Shown: piece by piece, positions 63,302 through 64,000 of the stretch
Layout: every line of letters begins with the position of its first letter
How positions within the stretch are numbered: the stretch's first letter is position 1
Assembly: GCA_045862955.1 (NCBI GenBank)
Contig: BTVI01000001.1
Location: forward strand, 94,740-158,739
Source: Fimbriimonadales bacterium
GTDB taxonomy: Bacteria; Armatimonadota; Fimbriimonadia; Fimbriimonadales; JABRVX01
Length of the DNA stretch: 64,000 nt
Reading direction: 5' to 3'
Notes under the pieces: model-generated
The model's database searches: none
Seen by the model: the letters and a program-made list of their open reading frames with translations, nothing else
Told to the model about the DNA's origin: nothing
Translations under genes and position numbers: made by a program

Positions 63302-64000
63302 ATGAGGGATGTAGTAGCACTGATAGCTACGCTGATGATGATCATCAGCGGTGTGGCGCAAGTGATGTCGCCGAGGCCATCGGACAGCAATAAACCCCCG
63401 GAGGTGATCAAGGTGCAGACCTGGGAAGTGGATCCGTTGGTCAAGCTTTTCCCCGACAGCAAACCCGAGGGGCACTCACCCATTGTGTGCGAGGCTGCCA
63501 AGGGTGAGACCGCCACATGGCAGATCGCGCTGCGGTGTGACCGGCCGGTAACCGACCTCGAGGCTGCCGTCAGCGCGTTCGCGATACGCGGAGGCGACGC
63601 ACATCTTTCGGGAGCGCGAGTGCGCTACGTGGGATACGTACCGGTGGATCGCGGGCTGCCGGCGCCGCCGGCAGATAGACTCCGCGTTCCTCCATGCCTC
63701 TACCCCGACCCTCTCCTCGAGCGAGCACCCGAGATCGAGGCAGGTACCACACACGCTGTGTGGATCAGCCTTGCAGTCCCGATGGATGCGAAGGCCGGTG
63801 AGTACGCCGCCACGTTGACACTGTCAGGGCATGCCGAGGGCAAAGCCGTGGTGGGAAAGCACGAGCTGCGCCTACGCGTCTATGACGTGACAGTGGGCAA
63901 GTCGCGCCTATGGGTGACGAACTGGTTCTGGAACAACGCCCGCCACATGGAACTGAAAGTCGAAGTGGATACGCCGGCCTACTGGGCCCTGCTTGCCAGA
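63302..64000 (+). CDS. secreted protein, N-terminal part only (runs off the right edge); possibly DUF4091/GH123-like
   Basis: Not in the ORF track. GAAGGAG lies 10 nt before ATG 63302. My translation MRDVVALIATLMMIISGVAQV... stays open for 233 codons to the window end. The HAVWISLAVPMDAKAGEYAATLTL pattern recalls DUF4091-type hydrolases (weak). Confidence 0.5.
   Translation, partial: MRDVVALIATLMMIISGVAQVMSPRPSDSNKPPEVIKVQTWEVDPLVKLFPDSKPEGHSPIVCEAAKGETATWQIALRCDRPVTDLEAAVSAFAIRGGDAHLSGARVRYVGYVPVDRGLPAPPADRLRVPPCLYPDPLLERAPEIEAGTTHAVWISLAVPMDAKAGEYAATLTLSGHAEGKAVVGKHELRLRVYDVTVGKSRLWVTNWFWNNARHMELKVEVDTPAYWALLAR

Overview
The window is GC-rich (by eye, not computed), gene-dense chromosomal DNA from a diderm bacterium. 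OM-barrel, lipobox, PEP-CTERM and dockerin-like signals suggest an environmental lineage such as Armatimonadota, but that is only a guess. All family calls come from motifs I recognised in the translations; no database search was run. I support about 40 CDSs.

Housekeeping and metabolic genes: rpsA, coaE, pyrimidine-nucleoside phosphorylase, PspA, acnA, a tryptophanase-family lyase, an Fe/Mn SOD, nrfHA, dut, an M16 peptidase pair, an M14 carboxypeptidase, a family-B DNA polymerase, an acyl-CoA dehydrogenase/ETF/ETF-QO cluster, and a DUF2207-LemA pair. I found no rRNA, tRNA, CRISPR, transposase or integrase.

The most unusual content is a tightly packed minus-strand operon of at least 7 genes and about 16.5 kb (1..16587).
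- It encodes three very large secreted proteins: a PD40/CarboxypepD_reg giant, an S8 protease and an unknown protein. They share a C-terminal module of about 430-450 aa that ends in a FlgD-Ig-like domain.
- These genes are interleaved with two CsgG/LpoB/PelC-like membrane-anchored proteins and an outer-membrane beta-barrel carrying an N-terminal Ig-like domain.
- I interpret this as a candidate, undescribed envelope export or surface-display system.

Other notable signals:
- Two secreted proteins share a beta-sandwich plus dockerin-like C-terminus.
- Several genes have a TAnAnT -10 box only 5-12 nt from the start codon, suggesting leaderless mRNAs.
- An orphan Doc/Fic homologue has a degenerate active-site motif.
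- An ETF alpha subunit has a non-canonical FAD-motif region.
- There is a 1-kb non-coding composite repeat locus (105-bp palindromic elements, 15-bp degenerate arrays and C-rich tracts), with a related 78-bp tandem repeat elsewhere.
- A GC-rich hairpin repeat is present once between genes and once in frame inside a CDS.
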